A DNA stretch of 64,000 nucleotides from an uncultured virus (IMG/VR IMGVR_UViG_3300010345_000156) (taxonomy: Duplodnaviria; Heunggongvirae; Uroviricota; Caudoviricetes), in IMG/VR virus record IMGVR_UViG_3300010345_000156; one strand, written 5' to 3'. The notes under the pieces were generated by a model that was not told the origin of the DNA, ran no database searches, and was given only the letters and a program-made list of their open reading frames with translations. Below, in pieces: positions 1 to 9,547 of this stretch; position 1 is the stretch's first letter; each line of letters begins with the position of its first letter. Made by a program: the position numbers and the translations under genes.

Positions 1-951
1 AAGTTTTTGAATTTCTTCTGTCTTATGTTCTTCTGTAATATCATGAGAGCATAGAGGACACTTTCCACCTTTTTCTAAAAATTTAATTTGAGATTTCTTT
101 TCTTTAATAGTATTTTCTTCAATCTTAATATTTCCAGAAGCTTCAATCTGTTCTTTGGAGTAATCATGTTCATCTAAAGAAATTTTAGAAAACTCTTTTA
201 TTAAAGTTTCTAAAGAAGAATTAATCTGAGAAATTTGATTTTGAATATCATCTTTCTTAGTTTGTAGAATATTAATTTCTTCAATTTTCTTTTCATCAAA
301 ATCTTTCATAGAATTTTCAGTATCATCAATTTGTTTCTTTAAAGTTATTATTAATGATTCTACATTTTTGATAGAACTTTGATAAATTGTTTTGTCAGTC
401 TTAATTGAATTTAATTTTGCTCTAGCTTTCTTCAACATTTCTCCGAAGACCTTGATAGAGAAAATCGATTCCATAACCTCTCTCTTTTGTGGTAAGCCTA
501 GAGAAAGGAAAGGACGATTAGTGTTTGGTGCAAGTGCTATGATAAGTTTAAACAAATCATAATCAATTCCCAGAAGCTTTGTAATTTCTTCTTGATCTAA
601 TAGTTTTGAAGAAGCTGATTCTAAAGCTTTATCAGAACCATTTTTATATATGAATAACTTTTGTGGAGCAAGTGTTCTAACAATTTTATAAGAATCTTTT
701 CCATCAATTTTAAAAGAAAGTTCTGTATAAAGATTTTTCTTATTCTTTCTATTGATCAATTCATTTAACTTAACTTGTCTATAAGGTTTTCCATAAAGAC
801 AATAAGAAATCGCATCTAGTAAAATTGTACTTTTTCCTAAACCATTTTCAGCAGTAACTAAAGATAATCCTGTTTGAAAATTAAATTTTGTTTCTGAATT
901 CCCATAAGATAAAAAGTTCTTGACGATGATATATTCAAATTCTATGTACAT
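1..951 (-). CDS. gp46: gp46-like recombination endonuclease ATPase subunit (SbcC/Rad50 family), truncated by window start
   Basis: Not in ORF track; my translation gives MYIEFEYIIVKNFLSYGN...TAENGLGKST (Walker A)...DAISYCLYGKPYR, a coiled coil, and a CPLC zinc hook near position 50-60. Confidence 0.92.
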   Translation of the reverse strand, partial: MYIEFEYIIVKNFLSYGNSETKFNFQTGLSLVTAENGLGKSTILLDAISYCLYGKPYRQVKLNELINRKNKKNLYTELSFKIDGKDSYKIVRTLAPQKLFIYKNGSDKALESASSKLLDQEEITKLLGIDYDLFKLIIALAPNTNRPFLSLGLPQKREVMESIFSIKVFGEMLKKARAKLNSIKTDKTIYQSSIKNVESLIITLKKQIDDTENSMKDFDEKKIEEINILQTKKDDIQNQISQINSSLETLIKEFSKISLDEHDYSKEQIEASGNIKIEENTIKEKKSQIKFLEKGGKCPLCSHDITEEHKTEEIQKL

Positions 952-972
952 GTTCTAACCTCTACTAATAGT

Positions 973-1001
973 ATCTTACCATCTTTAATTTGTATAGTCA
1001 A
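973..1001 (-). promoter_or_regulatory. sigma70-like promoter for gp46
   Basis: Minus strand TTGACT-N17-TAAGAT; matches promoters at 1585 and 24258. Confidence 0.7.
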
Positions 1002-1064
1002 GAACTTTATAAATTTAATTATTATTTTCATCGATTTTGGAAATTCTCGTAATAAATAATTTTA

Positions 1065-1565
1065 ATGGATCACTTGAAAGCATATAACGAAATAATTAAA
1101 TCAGCTAAATTAAAAAATAGATCTAGAAAACTTGGTTATTTTGAAAAGCATCATATCATTCCAAAATGCATGGGTGGGAATAATTCTAAAGAAAATCTAG
1201 TTTTATTAACAGCAAAAGAACATTATATTTGTCACCATCTTTTACATAAACATTACAAAAATGAAAAATACTTATTTCTAGCATATCATTTAATGACATT
1301 TTCTAAAAAAGACAATCTACAAAAAATTACACCAAAACAATATGAAAAACTTAGAGAAGAAAATTCAAAATATAACTCTGGTGAAAATAATCCTAACTAC
1401 AAAAATGCTTTAAATTTGTCTGGAAAAAGAAATCATAAAAGTAAAATGGTAAAAATTTGTGGAAATATTTACGAAAGTTTAAGAATTGCTGCAAAAGAAC
1501 TAAACATTCCAAAATCAACTTTACATAGATGGATCAATAAAAAAGAAAATTTTTCATATGTTTGA
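1065..1565 (+). CDS. HNH homing endonuclease with C-terminal HTH (NUMOD1-like)
   Basis: EKHHIIPKCMGG..N...NLVLLTAKEHYICH HNH motif; C-terminal YESLRIAAKELNIPKSTL. Confidence 0.88.
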   Translation: MDHLKAYNEIIKSAKLKNRSRKLGYFEKHHIIPKCMGGNNSKENLVLLTAKEHYICHHLLHKHYKNEKYLFLAYHLMTFSKKDNLQKITPKQYEKLREENSKYNSGENNPNYKNALNLSGKRNHKSKMVKICGNIYESLRIAAKELNIPKSTLHRWINKKENFSYV

Positions 1566-1584
1566 AATTAAATTTAAAAAATAC

Positions 1585-1613
1585 TTGACAACTAAGATTA
1601 AAGATTGGAAGAT
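1585..1613 (+). promoter_or_regulatory. sigma70-like promoter upstream of a non-coding structured region
   Basis: TTGACA-N17-GAAGAT with TG immediately before the -10. Confidence 0.65.
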
Positions 1614-1619
1614 ACTATA

Positions 1620-1985
1620 AATAAATTTGAAAGAGTAAGTTAAGAAATTTAATGAATCTCTTGATCTGCAAGGATCGAATGGTTGTGATACTCTGAGGCG
1701 CCACTTCTGAAACAAAAACGTGGAAAAGAACCTCTGGTAAGAAATAAGCTTCATACTAAAAAATTGAAGATAAAGTTACTAAAGAAACTGAGTATCACAA
1801 CAAGAATCAATTTTCGATGAATGTCGTTAGTTGCAATTCTTAAAGAAATTATGTTGTAAAACTCTATTTCTTTTTGGAGAAAACTGTAAAATTGGTTCTA
1901 GGGGCATGTTACTATTTTTCCTAATTTCTTTACATTAAAATTGAAGAAAATTTTGGGGACAATAGGGGCAACTGTATCTAAAAAT
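1620..1985 (+). ncRNA. candidate large structured non-coding RNA, family unknown
   Basis: Nested helices: 1682-1693/1790-1801 (12 bp perfect), 1640-1646/1837-1843, 1632-1636/1861-1865, GCAA hairpin 1663-1676; no convincing ORF; promoter directly upstream. Confidence 0.5.
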
Positions 1986-2984
1986 AAATTTCTAAAAAAT
2001 TATTCAATCAAAAATTAAATCAAACTCTTTAGATCGCGATGCATCGAGCGATATTGATCAAAACATATACAAATTGAAATAATTACTTTAAATAAAACTT
2101 TCTCTTAATACAAATAAATTTAAATGTTTTGTAGAAAAGAATTTAAATTAAAGAAATGTTTAAAATGAATTTTATTTTGTAGCGCAGTGGAAAAATAAAA
2201 TTCTCTCCGCAGGAGATTGAATAATAACTTTAAATTATCATCATTTTGGAATAAATTAGTTTAATACTTTTAAATTTAAATATTTTCTACAATGCTCGTT
2301 GACTCGCATGAATCTCCTTTCAGTCGATTCAGACAAAATAAATTAATCTGGAAATAGATTCTTTGATCAAAATTTTATTTAAAAATATTTCTACAATTTT
2401 GATCAAGCTGCGCGAAGAACTAAAAATCTTCCTTACAGTCAGATTTCCAGTTCTTCATTTTCGTTAATTTTTAAGTTGAATAATTACTTAAAAGGAATTT
2501 TTCACTATAAATGATTATTATGTTTTCGTCTTAAGACAAATTGATATTAATAAAATTATTTCAGTAAAAGTTGGATGTAACTATAACTATCATCATTTTA
2601 ATTATGCTTTCAGTAATAGATATTTTTATTCAAATTTTTCATTTTCAGAGTTTTTATCACTAAAGGAACAAAATTTAATTAAAACTGAAATAATAAAAGT
2701 TAATCTTTCTAAAGAAAAAGCTAATGCATTAAAGAGACTAATAACTGTTACCTACAATCTGCCTAAGAAGCCTTGTAATCGATCTAAATCAATTTTACCT
2801 AGAAAGTCTCCTTCAGAATTTGATCACTCTCAAAACGTCTCTAAACCAGAATTTGAGCATAACTTAAAATCTTTGAATGTTTTGAATCAAGTGTTAAATT
2901 CAAACTTTTCCAATCAAGATGAGTTCCTTCAAATTTTTGATCAACAACTTGAACAAACTAAATAACTCTAGAAGGAATTTAAAC

Positions 2985-3395
2985 ATGACCAATCAAGAAT
3001 TTGAACAGATTAAAATTATAGCAGAGAAGAAATTATTTTTCAATGAAGATAATTTCCAAGGAAAGTTATCTGAAGTTCCTTTGATATATGACACTTTTCT
3101 GAAATTGTTTATAAAGGAACATAAAGTTTTACAGAATATGAAATTGAAAAAAGATATTAAGTATGCTGATTTATATAGGAATCTTAAATTTAATTCAGAT
3201 ATAAGATTAGAAAATAAACATGAAATAGAGAATCAAATGTTTTCAGATATTTCTTATCAAAGGATAGTTTCAGATATAAATGATCAACAGGAGATTGTAA
3301 CTTTCTTAGAACAAACTTTAGAAAATGTTAAGAATCTTTCTTTTGCAATTAGAAATTATATAGATTGGAGAAAGTTCTTAGAAGCTGAAAGATAA
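2985..3395 (+). CDS. uvsY: UvsY recombination mediator
   Basis: C-terminal SFAIRNYIDWRKFLEA typical of UvsY; start moved to ATG 2985 after AAGGA; near uvsW. Confidence 0.85.
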   Translation: MTNQEFEQIKIIAEKKLFFNEDNFQGKLSEVPLIYDTFLKLFIKEHKVLQNMKLKKDIKYADLYRNLKFNSDIRLENKHEIENQMFSDISYQRIVSDINDQQEIVTFLEQTLENVKNLSFAIRNYIDWRKFLEAER

Positions 3396-3403
3396 ATAAT
3401 TTC

Positions 3404-3700
3404 ATGAATAAGTTCAAAACATTTTTTACTAAAGAGACAGGAAAAGAAATTAAAACAAAAGATAAGACAGTTGTAGAAATTCTTGTACAAATTGCTGGAG
3501 AAATCTATTCACAAAATCAATCAATAGATCCAGAAACTTTAGGAAGAATGGCAGCAGATACTTATATTAAAACTGAATTAGAACAATTGAATAATAAGAT
3601 TGATAATTCTTTTGTATATGTAGTAGAGGAAATTGGGCAAAAGTTTCCTCAAAAGATAAATAATCCAAACACAGATGAGGAATCTAAAAATGGGAAATAA
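3404..3700 (+). CDS. hypothetical protein, possible internal head protein
   Basis: ORF; TAAATA 5 nt upstream; N-terminus MNKFKTFFTKE. Confidence 0.65.
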   Translation: MNKFKTFFTKETGKEIKTKDKTVVEILVQIAGEIYSQNQSIDPETLGRMAADTYIKTELEQLNNKIDNSFVYVVEEIGQKFPQKINNPNTDEESKNGK

Positions 3701-4181
3701 TATTAAGTCGCTTGTAGAAAATCTTTTAGGTGAAGAAGTTGGAATGCTTGGTATCACTTCAGTTAAACCAGAATTTACACAAACTGATACTGGTGTAGAA
3801 ACTGTTGATCAAGTAGATGAAAAGAGTAATATGGAAGTTTTCGTAATTACTAATAATGGAGAACAAGTTTGGGAAGGTTCGGCAAAAGATAAAAGAGATG
3901 CTATTAATAGAGCTATTGCAGAACTCGGAGAAGAACAAGACAAAGTTACTTCTGGAAATGTTGTAGTAACTATGAAGAAAGAAATTAAAGAATCTGAATT
4001 ATCACTTTCTCCAAAATCTTTTAGAACTCTTTACAATTGTTTTATTGCAGAATCTATGATAAATGAAACTGTAGAAATTGATGAAACTCTTGAAAAAAAT
4101 GGTCTAATTACTGAAGGAAAATTAACATCAAAAGGGAAAGACTATTTGAAACTTTACCTTCCCACGATTTTTGCATCATAA
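3690..4181 (+). CDS. hypothetical acidic protein
   Basis: ORF; GAGGA SD before ATG 3690; terminator follows. Confidence 0.7.
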   Translation: MGNNIKSLVENLLGEEVGMLGITSVKPEFTQTDTGVETVDQVDEKSNMEVFVITNNGEQVWEGSAKDKRDAINRAIAELGEEQDKVTSGNVVVTMKKEIKESELSLSPKSFRTLYNCFIAESMINETVEIDETLEKNGLITEGKLTSKGKDYLKLYLPTIFAS

Positions 4182-4189
4182 AATACATC

Positions 4190-4223
4190 AAAATGCTAGT
4201 ATTAAATTTTACTAGCATTTTTT
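4190..4223 (+). terminator. intrinsic terminator
   Basis: AAAATGCTAGTA/TACTAGCATTTT inverted repeat with T run. Confidence 0.75.
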
Positions 4224-4288
4224 ATATCTAAAATTATAAATTTAATTAAAAATAAATCTGATAAATATTGATAAATGGAGTTTAAGAA

Positions 4289-4711
4289 ATGGAAAATCTA
4301 TTAAAATACTTAGAAGAGAAAGTAGAAGAGAAAAGATTATTAAACGAAGCTTCTGAAATAGAATTATCTAAAGAAGTTTTTGAATTATATTCTTCTGTAT
4401 TTGAAAATTTATCAGATGCTTTTTATGATATGTCTAATAAATCAAATGTAGATGGAAATGGAAAAGTTACGGAAGATCTTAGAAAGGCCGAAGTAGCTAT
4501 TCAAAAAATAAAAGCAAAGTTAAAAACAATTTCAGCAAGTAAGAATAAAGAAAAATTTGATTCTACTATAAAGAAATCTGTTGGAGAAATTGGAAATAGT
4601 TTGAAGATTTTGAAAGATAAAGTTGATAGAGATTTGGTTCCATCGTTTGAAATAGAACCCGAGCCAGAACTTAATCCAGATGTTGAAGATGAAATTTTAG
4701 GAGAAAAGTAA
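4289..4711 (+). CDS. hypothetical protein, possible prohead or internal protein
   Basis: ORF with GGAG SD and upstream TAAATA; MENLLKYLEE N-terminus. Confidence 0.7.
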   Translation: MENLLKYLEEKVEEKRLLNEASEIELSKEVFELYSSVFENLSDAFYDMSNKSNVDGNGKVTEDLRKAEVAIQKIKAKLKTISASKNKEKFDSTIKKSVGEIGNSLKILKDKVDRDLVPSFEIEPEPELNPDVEDEILGEK

Positions 4712-4730
4712 AAGTTACATAAATAATTTT

Positions 4731-4815
4731 GATGGTAGATTTATTCTACTTGTCTCTTGTGGTTCATTGTTCCTTTCGGATGACTTTTGGAGATTTCTCT
4801 GGGAGTCATTTTTAG
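4731..4815 (+). other. late micro-transcript 1 (small RNA or 27-aa leaderless peptide)
   Basis: TAAATA 4720-4725, hairpin, then terminator-like stem 4779-4813. Confidence 0.4.
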
Positions 4816-4832
4816 TTTTATAAATAGTTATA

Positions 4833-4915
4833 GATGATAATTTTCAGAGTATTGTCATTGGTTCACTCAGAAGAACGGCGCAAAAAATCCTAGAAGTTTT
4901 ACTTTTGGGATTTTT
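4833..4915 (+). other. late micro-transcript 2 (small RNA or 19-aa leaderless peptide)
   Basis: Perfect TATAAATA 4819-4826, hairpin, terminator-like stem 4883-4915. Confidence 0.4.
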
Positions 4916-4961
4916 AATTTATGTTCATACTAAATAACTATATAAAACTTGAGAAAATATA

Positions 4962-6449
4962 ATGAACAAACAAATTATAAGAATTACAAAAACTGATGAA
5001 GTATATTTCAAAGCGCATATAGATCAAACTCAATATAGAGAAATTTCACCTAAACTTTCTTTCTTTGCAAATAATTATAAACACCACCCCCGATACAAGC
5101 TTTCAATATGGAATGGCAAGTTGACTTTCATAGATCGTGAAGGAAATTTCCCGATAGGTCTTTTACCAAATTTAATCTTAATATGCGATAAATTAGGTTA
5201 TGACGTTTCTTTAGACTTTGATAAGAAATCTTTTGGTGATAGTATCTCGGAAGAGACTTTACAATCATTTTTTGAGATTGTGTTTCCTCAAGAGAAGAAT
5301 ATTTTTCCTAGAGATTATCAACAAGAAGCTGTATTAAGGGCAATCAAAGCTGGAAGAGGAATTTTAAATCTTGCAACATCTTCTGGAAAATCTTTAATCA
5401 TATATTGTTTAGTCAGATATTTAATAGCTAAGAAGAAAAAGATTTTAATTATAGTTCCAAATATTTCTTTAGTAGAACAATTATTTTCAGATTTCAAAAA
5501 TGATTATGGTTGGGATAATGCATTTCAAAATGTTTGTTTAAATTACTCAGGGAAAGAAATAGATTTAACCAAAAATGTTTTACTAACAACTTGGCAATCT
5601 ATCTACAAATTTCCTAGAGAATTTTTCGAAAAATATGATGCATTAATTGTAGACGAAGCTCACTCTATGCAAGGAAAGAGTTTATCAGAAATTGGAAAAA
5701 AATGTTTTAACTGTTCTTTTCGTATAGGATTGACTGGAAGTTTACCACAAAATGAAGCAGACTTACATACAGTTTTAGGATATTTAGGACAAGTTATTCA
5801 TAAAATTAAATCACACGAACTTATAGAGAAAGGAGTTATTTCAAATATAAAGATTAATAATTTGATTTTAAAATATCCAGAATCTATGAGACATGGAAGA
5901 TCTACATACCAAAAAGAAGTCGATGATATAAATTCATATAAAGATAGATATAAAGCAATTGATTATATTATAAGTCAATGTAAACCAGAAGAAAATGTTT
6001 TGATACTTATTACAAAAATTGATTATCTTAGAGAAGTTAAAATGTATATAGAATCAAAATTTAAACAAAGAAAAGTTTATGAAATTTATGGGGCAACTGA
6101 TGGTGAAGCTAGAGAAGAAATTAGAAAAAGACTTGAACAAGAATCTGGAGCAGTTTTAGTAGCATCTTACGGGACATTTTCTACAGGAGCTAATGTGAAA
6201 AAACTTCATCATGTTGTTCTATTTTCTTCTTATAAATCTCAAATAAAAATTCTTCAATCTATAGGAAGAGGTTTAAGAAAACATGAATCAAAAGAATGTA
6301 TGATTTTATGGGATGTGGTCGATAATTTAATTTACTCGGATGGTAGAAAGAAATTTAAAAATTGGACATATTTACATTGGGAACAAAATAGATTAAAATA
6401 TTATGATGAACAACAATTCGAATATGAAAATTATTATTTGGAAATTTGA
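4962..6449 (+). CDS. uvsW: UvsW-like SF2 DNA helicase
   Basis: PRDYQ, ATSSGKS, VDEAH, GLTGS, QSIGRGLR motifs. Confidence 0.95.
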   Translation: MNKQIIRITKTDEVYFKAHIDQTQYREISPKLSFFANNYKHHPRYKLSIWNGKLTFIDREGNFPIGLLPNLILICDKLGYDVSLDFDKKSFGDSISEETLQSFFEIVFPQEKNIFPRDYQQEAVLRAIKAGRGILNLATSSGKSLIIYCLVRYLIAKKKKILIIVPNISLVEQLFSDFKNDYGWDNAFQNVCLNYSGKEIDLTKNVLLTTWQSIYKFPREFFEKYDALIVDEAHSMQGKSLSEIGKKCFNCSFRIGLTGSLPQNEADLHTVLGYLGQVIHKIKSHELIEKGVISNIKINNLILKYPESMRHGRSTYQKEVDDINSYKDRYKAIDYIISQCKPEENVLILITKIDYLREVKMYIESKFKQRKVYEIYGATDGEAREEIRKRLEQESGAVLVASYGTFSTGANVKKLHHVVLFSSYKSQIKILQSIGRGLRKHESKECMILWDVVDNLIYSDGRKKFKNWTYLHWEQNRLKYYDEQQFEYENYYLEI

Positions 6450-6466
6450 GAAGGATAAATAATTTC

Positions 6467-7642
6467 ATGAATATTTTAGAAAATTATATATCAGAATTAT
6501 TGAATGAAGATATTCCGGTAGGTCTTAAAAATAAAGAACTTTGGTTTGATTATTTAAAAGATAATTTTAAAAAACCAGATAATCTTTTTGTCACTTTCGT
6601 ATATCAAGATAAAGTTGGTATAAATCCTAAATCTATATATGATACTCCAATTGGTGTTTATACATATCCTTTAGATTTTATATATGATGAAGAAGATGTT
6701 CCATTTAGAGGTGAACAAAAACCTAATAAGATTAAAGTTTTAAAACAATTATCTAATAAAGTTCTTTCAAATGAAATTAGTGATAGTGAATATGAAAGAC
6801 AAATTAAAAAAATTGAAAAGATAATGAAGACTTCTAGTAATTATACTCCTGAGATAAAAACTGATCCAGAAAAATACATCAAACGTTGGGAAGATGCTGC
6901 TAGAAAACAAACAAATTTTGGTTCTTTATGGAATGTTACTCGTATGCTTTCTATGGATTATTATTCTAGAAAAAATTTTAAAAAGGTATTTGGTCCAACT
7001 AAAAATAATCCTGTAGCTTGGACAAAACTTTTAATAGATCTTGGGTATGATATTGTAATTGATTATGGTACTGGAACAATTCATCCATCAGAACCAACTC
7101 AAGCAGTTTTCTTAAATCCAAAATCTTATAAAGTTGTTGGTGAAGAATTTGTAGACACTGAAGCTAGATATCATAAAACACAAAAAAATACTGATAAAGG
7201 ATTAATTGATACTATCGAAAAAGGTTATAGCCAAAATTTAATAGATGAATTGATAAAACAAAATAAAATAAAACTTTTAAAAATTTCAAATGATAAAGAT
7301 TTTGATGCTTTGTCATATTCTATTAGAGTTCAAAATTTTAATTTATTTTCCTATCTAAAAAAATATTTTGAAAGAGAAATTGATAAACACTTTTTAGATT
7401 ATTTTAATAGATCTTTAACATTTTTAGGACCAAAAGATGTAGAGAATGAATTTGTAGATTATTTTATTAAACTAAATCATCCAAAAATGTTCGCTCCAGA
7501 AATTCCAATAAACAAATTATTAAAATATATGAAAAGAACTACTACAGAATTTAAGAATAAAAAAGAGATAATTAAAAAATTAGAAAATGATTTAAATTTA
7601 GACGATTTAGAAAATAGTTTGAAAAAGGTTGGTGATAAATGA
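6467..7642 (+). CDS. hypothetical protein
   Basis: Long ORF; TAAATA 5 nt before ATG 6467; GINPKSIYDTPIGVYTYP and GTIHPSEPTQAVFL blocks look conserved. Confidence 0.75.
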   Translation: MNILENYISELLNEDIPVGLKNKELWFDYLKDNFKKPDNLFVTFVYQDKVGINPKSIYDTPIGVYTYPLDFIYDEEDVPFRGEQKPNKIKVLKQLSNKVLSNEISDSEYERQIKKIEKIMKTSSNYTPEIKTDPEKYIKRWEDAARKQTNFGSLWNVTRMLSMDYYSRKNFKKVFGPTKNNPVAWTKLLIDLGYDIVIDYGTGTIHPSEPTQAVFLNPKSYKVVGEEFVDTEARYHKTQKNTDKGLIDTIEKGYSQNLIDELIKQNKIKLLKISNDKDFDALSYSIRVQNFNLFSYLKKYFEREIDKHFLDYFNRSLTFLGPKDVENEFVDYFIKLNHPKMFAPEIPINKLLKYMKRTTTEFKNKKEIIKKLENDLNLDDLENSLKKVGDK

Positions 7643-8394
7643 TAAGTAATGTTTCAGATTTCATAAGTTATTTAAAATTAAGAATGGGTGCTCCTGTAAC
7701 AAATATTGAAATAGATGATACTCAATTTGTTCAGATTATTGAAGACTCTATTCAAACTTTTCATAGATATACATATGGAGAAAGTACTTACAGAGATGCT
7801 TTAACAATAAATTTATCAGCAAATGTTTCAGCATATCAATTAACATCAGCAATTGATTCAGTAGTTGATATAAAACTTTCTACAAATAATGGTAGTATAA
7901 ATGAATTGTTCACGGCACAGCATAATTTATTATATCCACAATTTATGAATGGAACTTTGGTCGGTGGAACTGGTCAAGGTTTAGCTGGTCCAAGAACTTT
8001 AGGTGGAATGAATACATTATCTGAATATAATATTTCAATGATTTACCTAAAAGAAATATCAGATTTTTTCGAAAAGAAATATACCTGCCAATTTTCTCCA
8101 AATACGCATATGTTAAGAGTTTGGCCGACTCCTGAAGTAGACTGTGTTGCGATGCTTTTAGTTTGGAAAAAAGAGGAAGTGCAAAGTCTCCTAAACAGTT
8201 ATCATGTAAAAAATTTAGCATTAGCGAAGTCTATGATACAATTAGGATTTCATTTAGGAAAATATGCGATAAATCTTCCTGGTGGCGGAAATATAAATTA
8301 TCAAATATGGTTAGATCGTGGAACAGCTTTAGAAGAAAAAACAATAAATGATATGCAGATGGAATCTTTTCCAGTTCAATTTCAGGTAGGTTAA
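7639..8394 (+). CDS. gp13: neck protein gp13-like
   Basis: YLKLRMGAPVTNIEIDDTQ N-terminus; LGKY..NLPGGGNINYQ C-terminus. Confidence 0.88.
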   Translation: MISNVSDFISYLKLRMGAPVTNIEIDDTQFVQIIEDSIQTFHRYTYGESTYRDALTINLSANVSAYQLTSAIDSVVDIKLSTNNGSINELFTAQHNLLYPQFMNGTLVGGTGQGLAGPRTLGGMNTLSEYNISMIYLKEISDFFEKKYTCQFSPNTHMLRVWPTPEVDCVAMLLVWKKEEVQSLLNSYHVKNLALAKSMIQLGFHLGKYAINLPGGGNINYQIWLDRGTALEEKTINDMQMESFPVQFQVG

Positions 8395-8396
8395 AA

Positions 8397-8837
8397 ATGG
8401 ATTTAGAAAAACTTTTAGCAGAATTAATTAAAAATGGCGATAAGAAAACAATTTCCAATATAATTCAATTAGTAACAATTATTAAAGGAGATTCAGAAAC
8501 ATTATCTAAGATCTCTTCTTTATTAAATGTTATAAAAGAATATAAACCATCTATTAAAGAATCAGTTTCAAAACCAGTTCAAAAACCAACACAACAAGTT
8601 CAACAAAAACCTGTTCAGAAACCTATTCAAAAAAAAGTTCCTTTAGAAGAAATGAATGAAGAACAAAGAGCTAATGCAATTTTAGAAGCACATTTTCAAG
8701 CTGGTGGAAATTTGAAAGGAAGAGTTTCTTATGGAACAGCAGTATCTAGAGAAATTCCAGTAGAGAAGATGGTAGAAGATGGTAAGATTTCTAAAGAAGA
8801 TGCTGATGCTATGTCTTTTGCGGATATGTTGATGTAA
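8397..8837 (+). CDS. hypothetical protein with KPVQ low-complexity linker
   Basis: ORF tightly packed in operon. Confidence 0.7.
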   Translation: MDLEKLLAELIKNGDKKTISNIIQLVTIIKGDSETLSKISSLLNVIKEYKPSIKESVSKPVQKPTQQVQQKPVQKPIQKKVPLEEMNEEQRANAILEAHFQAGGNLKGRVSYGTAVSREIPVEKMVEDGKISKEDADAMSFADMLM

Positions 8838-8841
8838 AATT

Positions 8842-9525
8842 ATGGCAAATTATACTGAATATTCTGATATGCCAAATGCTTTCTTTACAAAATGTGTTTC
8901 AGCATATGATTGTGAAAGAGAGCTATATGATGTATTAGAAATGGAAGCATATAATAAGTTTGGTGTTCAGATGAGATATTATGTTTTAGACATGACTAAT
9001 CCAGATATTTTGTTTGGAGAAAATAATAATTTGACACTTACTAGGGCATTTGATTATATGGCTTATTATGAATTACCAAATGAAGGTAGAACTGTAGGAT
9101 TGATGGGAATTATAGGTACTGACAATTTTCCTATATATATTTCAATTATTCATTATAACTATGTTTCTCAATTTGACTCATCTGGAACATCTGGAATTTA
9201 TCCTGCATATGAACCTAAAATTGGTGATATTGTTTATGCTAAGTATAATAAACAATTTTATAGAGTTAATATGGTAAAAAGAGAAGATGATATATTTTTA
9301 CAAGGAAAACATACTTATACATTATTTTTAGAAAATTTCCGAGATAAAGGATATACATTAGGACCAGAACTTTCAGGACTTTCAAATGATCCAATTCAAA
9401 CAATTATAAATGTAGAAGATATTTTTGATATAGATGATCAAATTGAACTAGAAAAAGTTAATTATCTATATCAACAAATTCCTACAGAATGTTCTCCAAG
9501 AGATCCGTTTAATGATTGGACATAA
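8842..9525 (+). CDS. gp14: neck protein gp14-like (paralog 1)
   Basis: ERELYDVL..EAYNKFGV..Y, DILFGEN, PKIGDIVY; near gp13. Confidence 0.8.
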   Translation: MANYTEYSDMPNAFFTKCVSAYDCERELYDVLEMEAYNKFGVQMRYYVLDMTNPDILFGENNNLTLTRAFDYMAYYELPNEGRTVGLMGIIGTDNFPIYISIIHYNYVSQFDSSGTSGIYPAYEPKIGDIVYAKYNKQFYRVNMVKREDDIFLQGKHTYTLFLENFRDKGYTLGPELSGLSNDPIQTIINVEDIFDIDDQIELEKVNYLYQQIPTECSPRDPFNDWT

Positions 9526-9547
9526 ATATATTTAAATAGGATTTTAT

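Noticed and set aside
1554..1754. 66-aa minus-strand ORF
   Set aside because: Overlaps a promoter and the structured RNA candidate; no SD or protein-like composition.
1620..1985. tmRNA, RNase P RNA or group I intron identity for the structured region
   Set aside because: No T-arm or CCA end, no RNase P consensus, no recognisable intron core or interrupted gene.
4735..4762. Resemblance of GTAGAT...TTCTACT to a Cas12a repeat
   Set aside because: Halves are in the wrong order, single copy, no spacers or cas genes.
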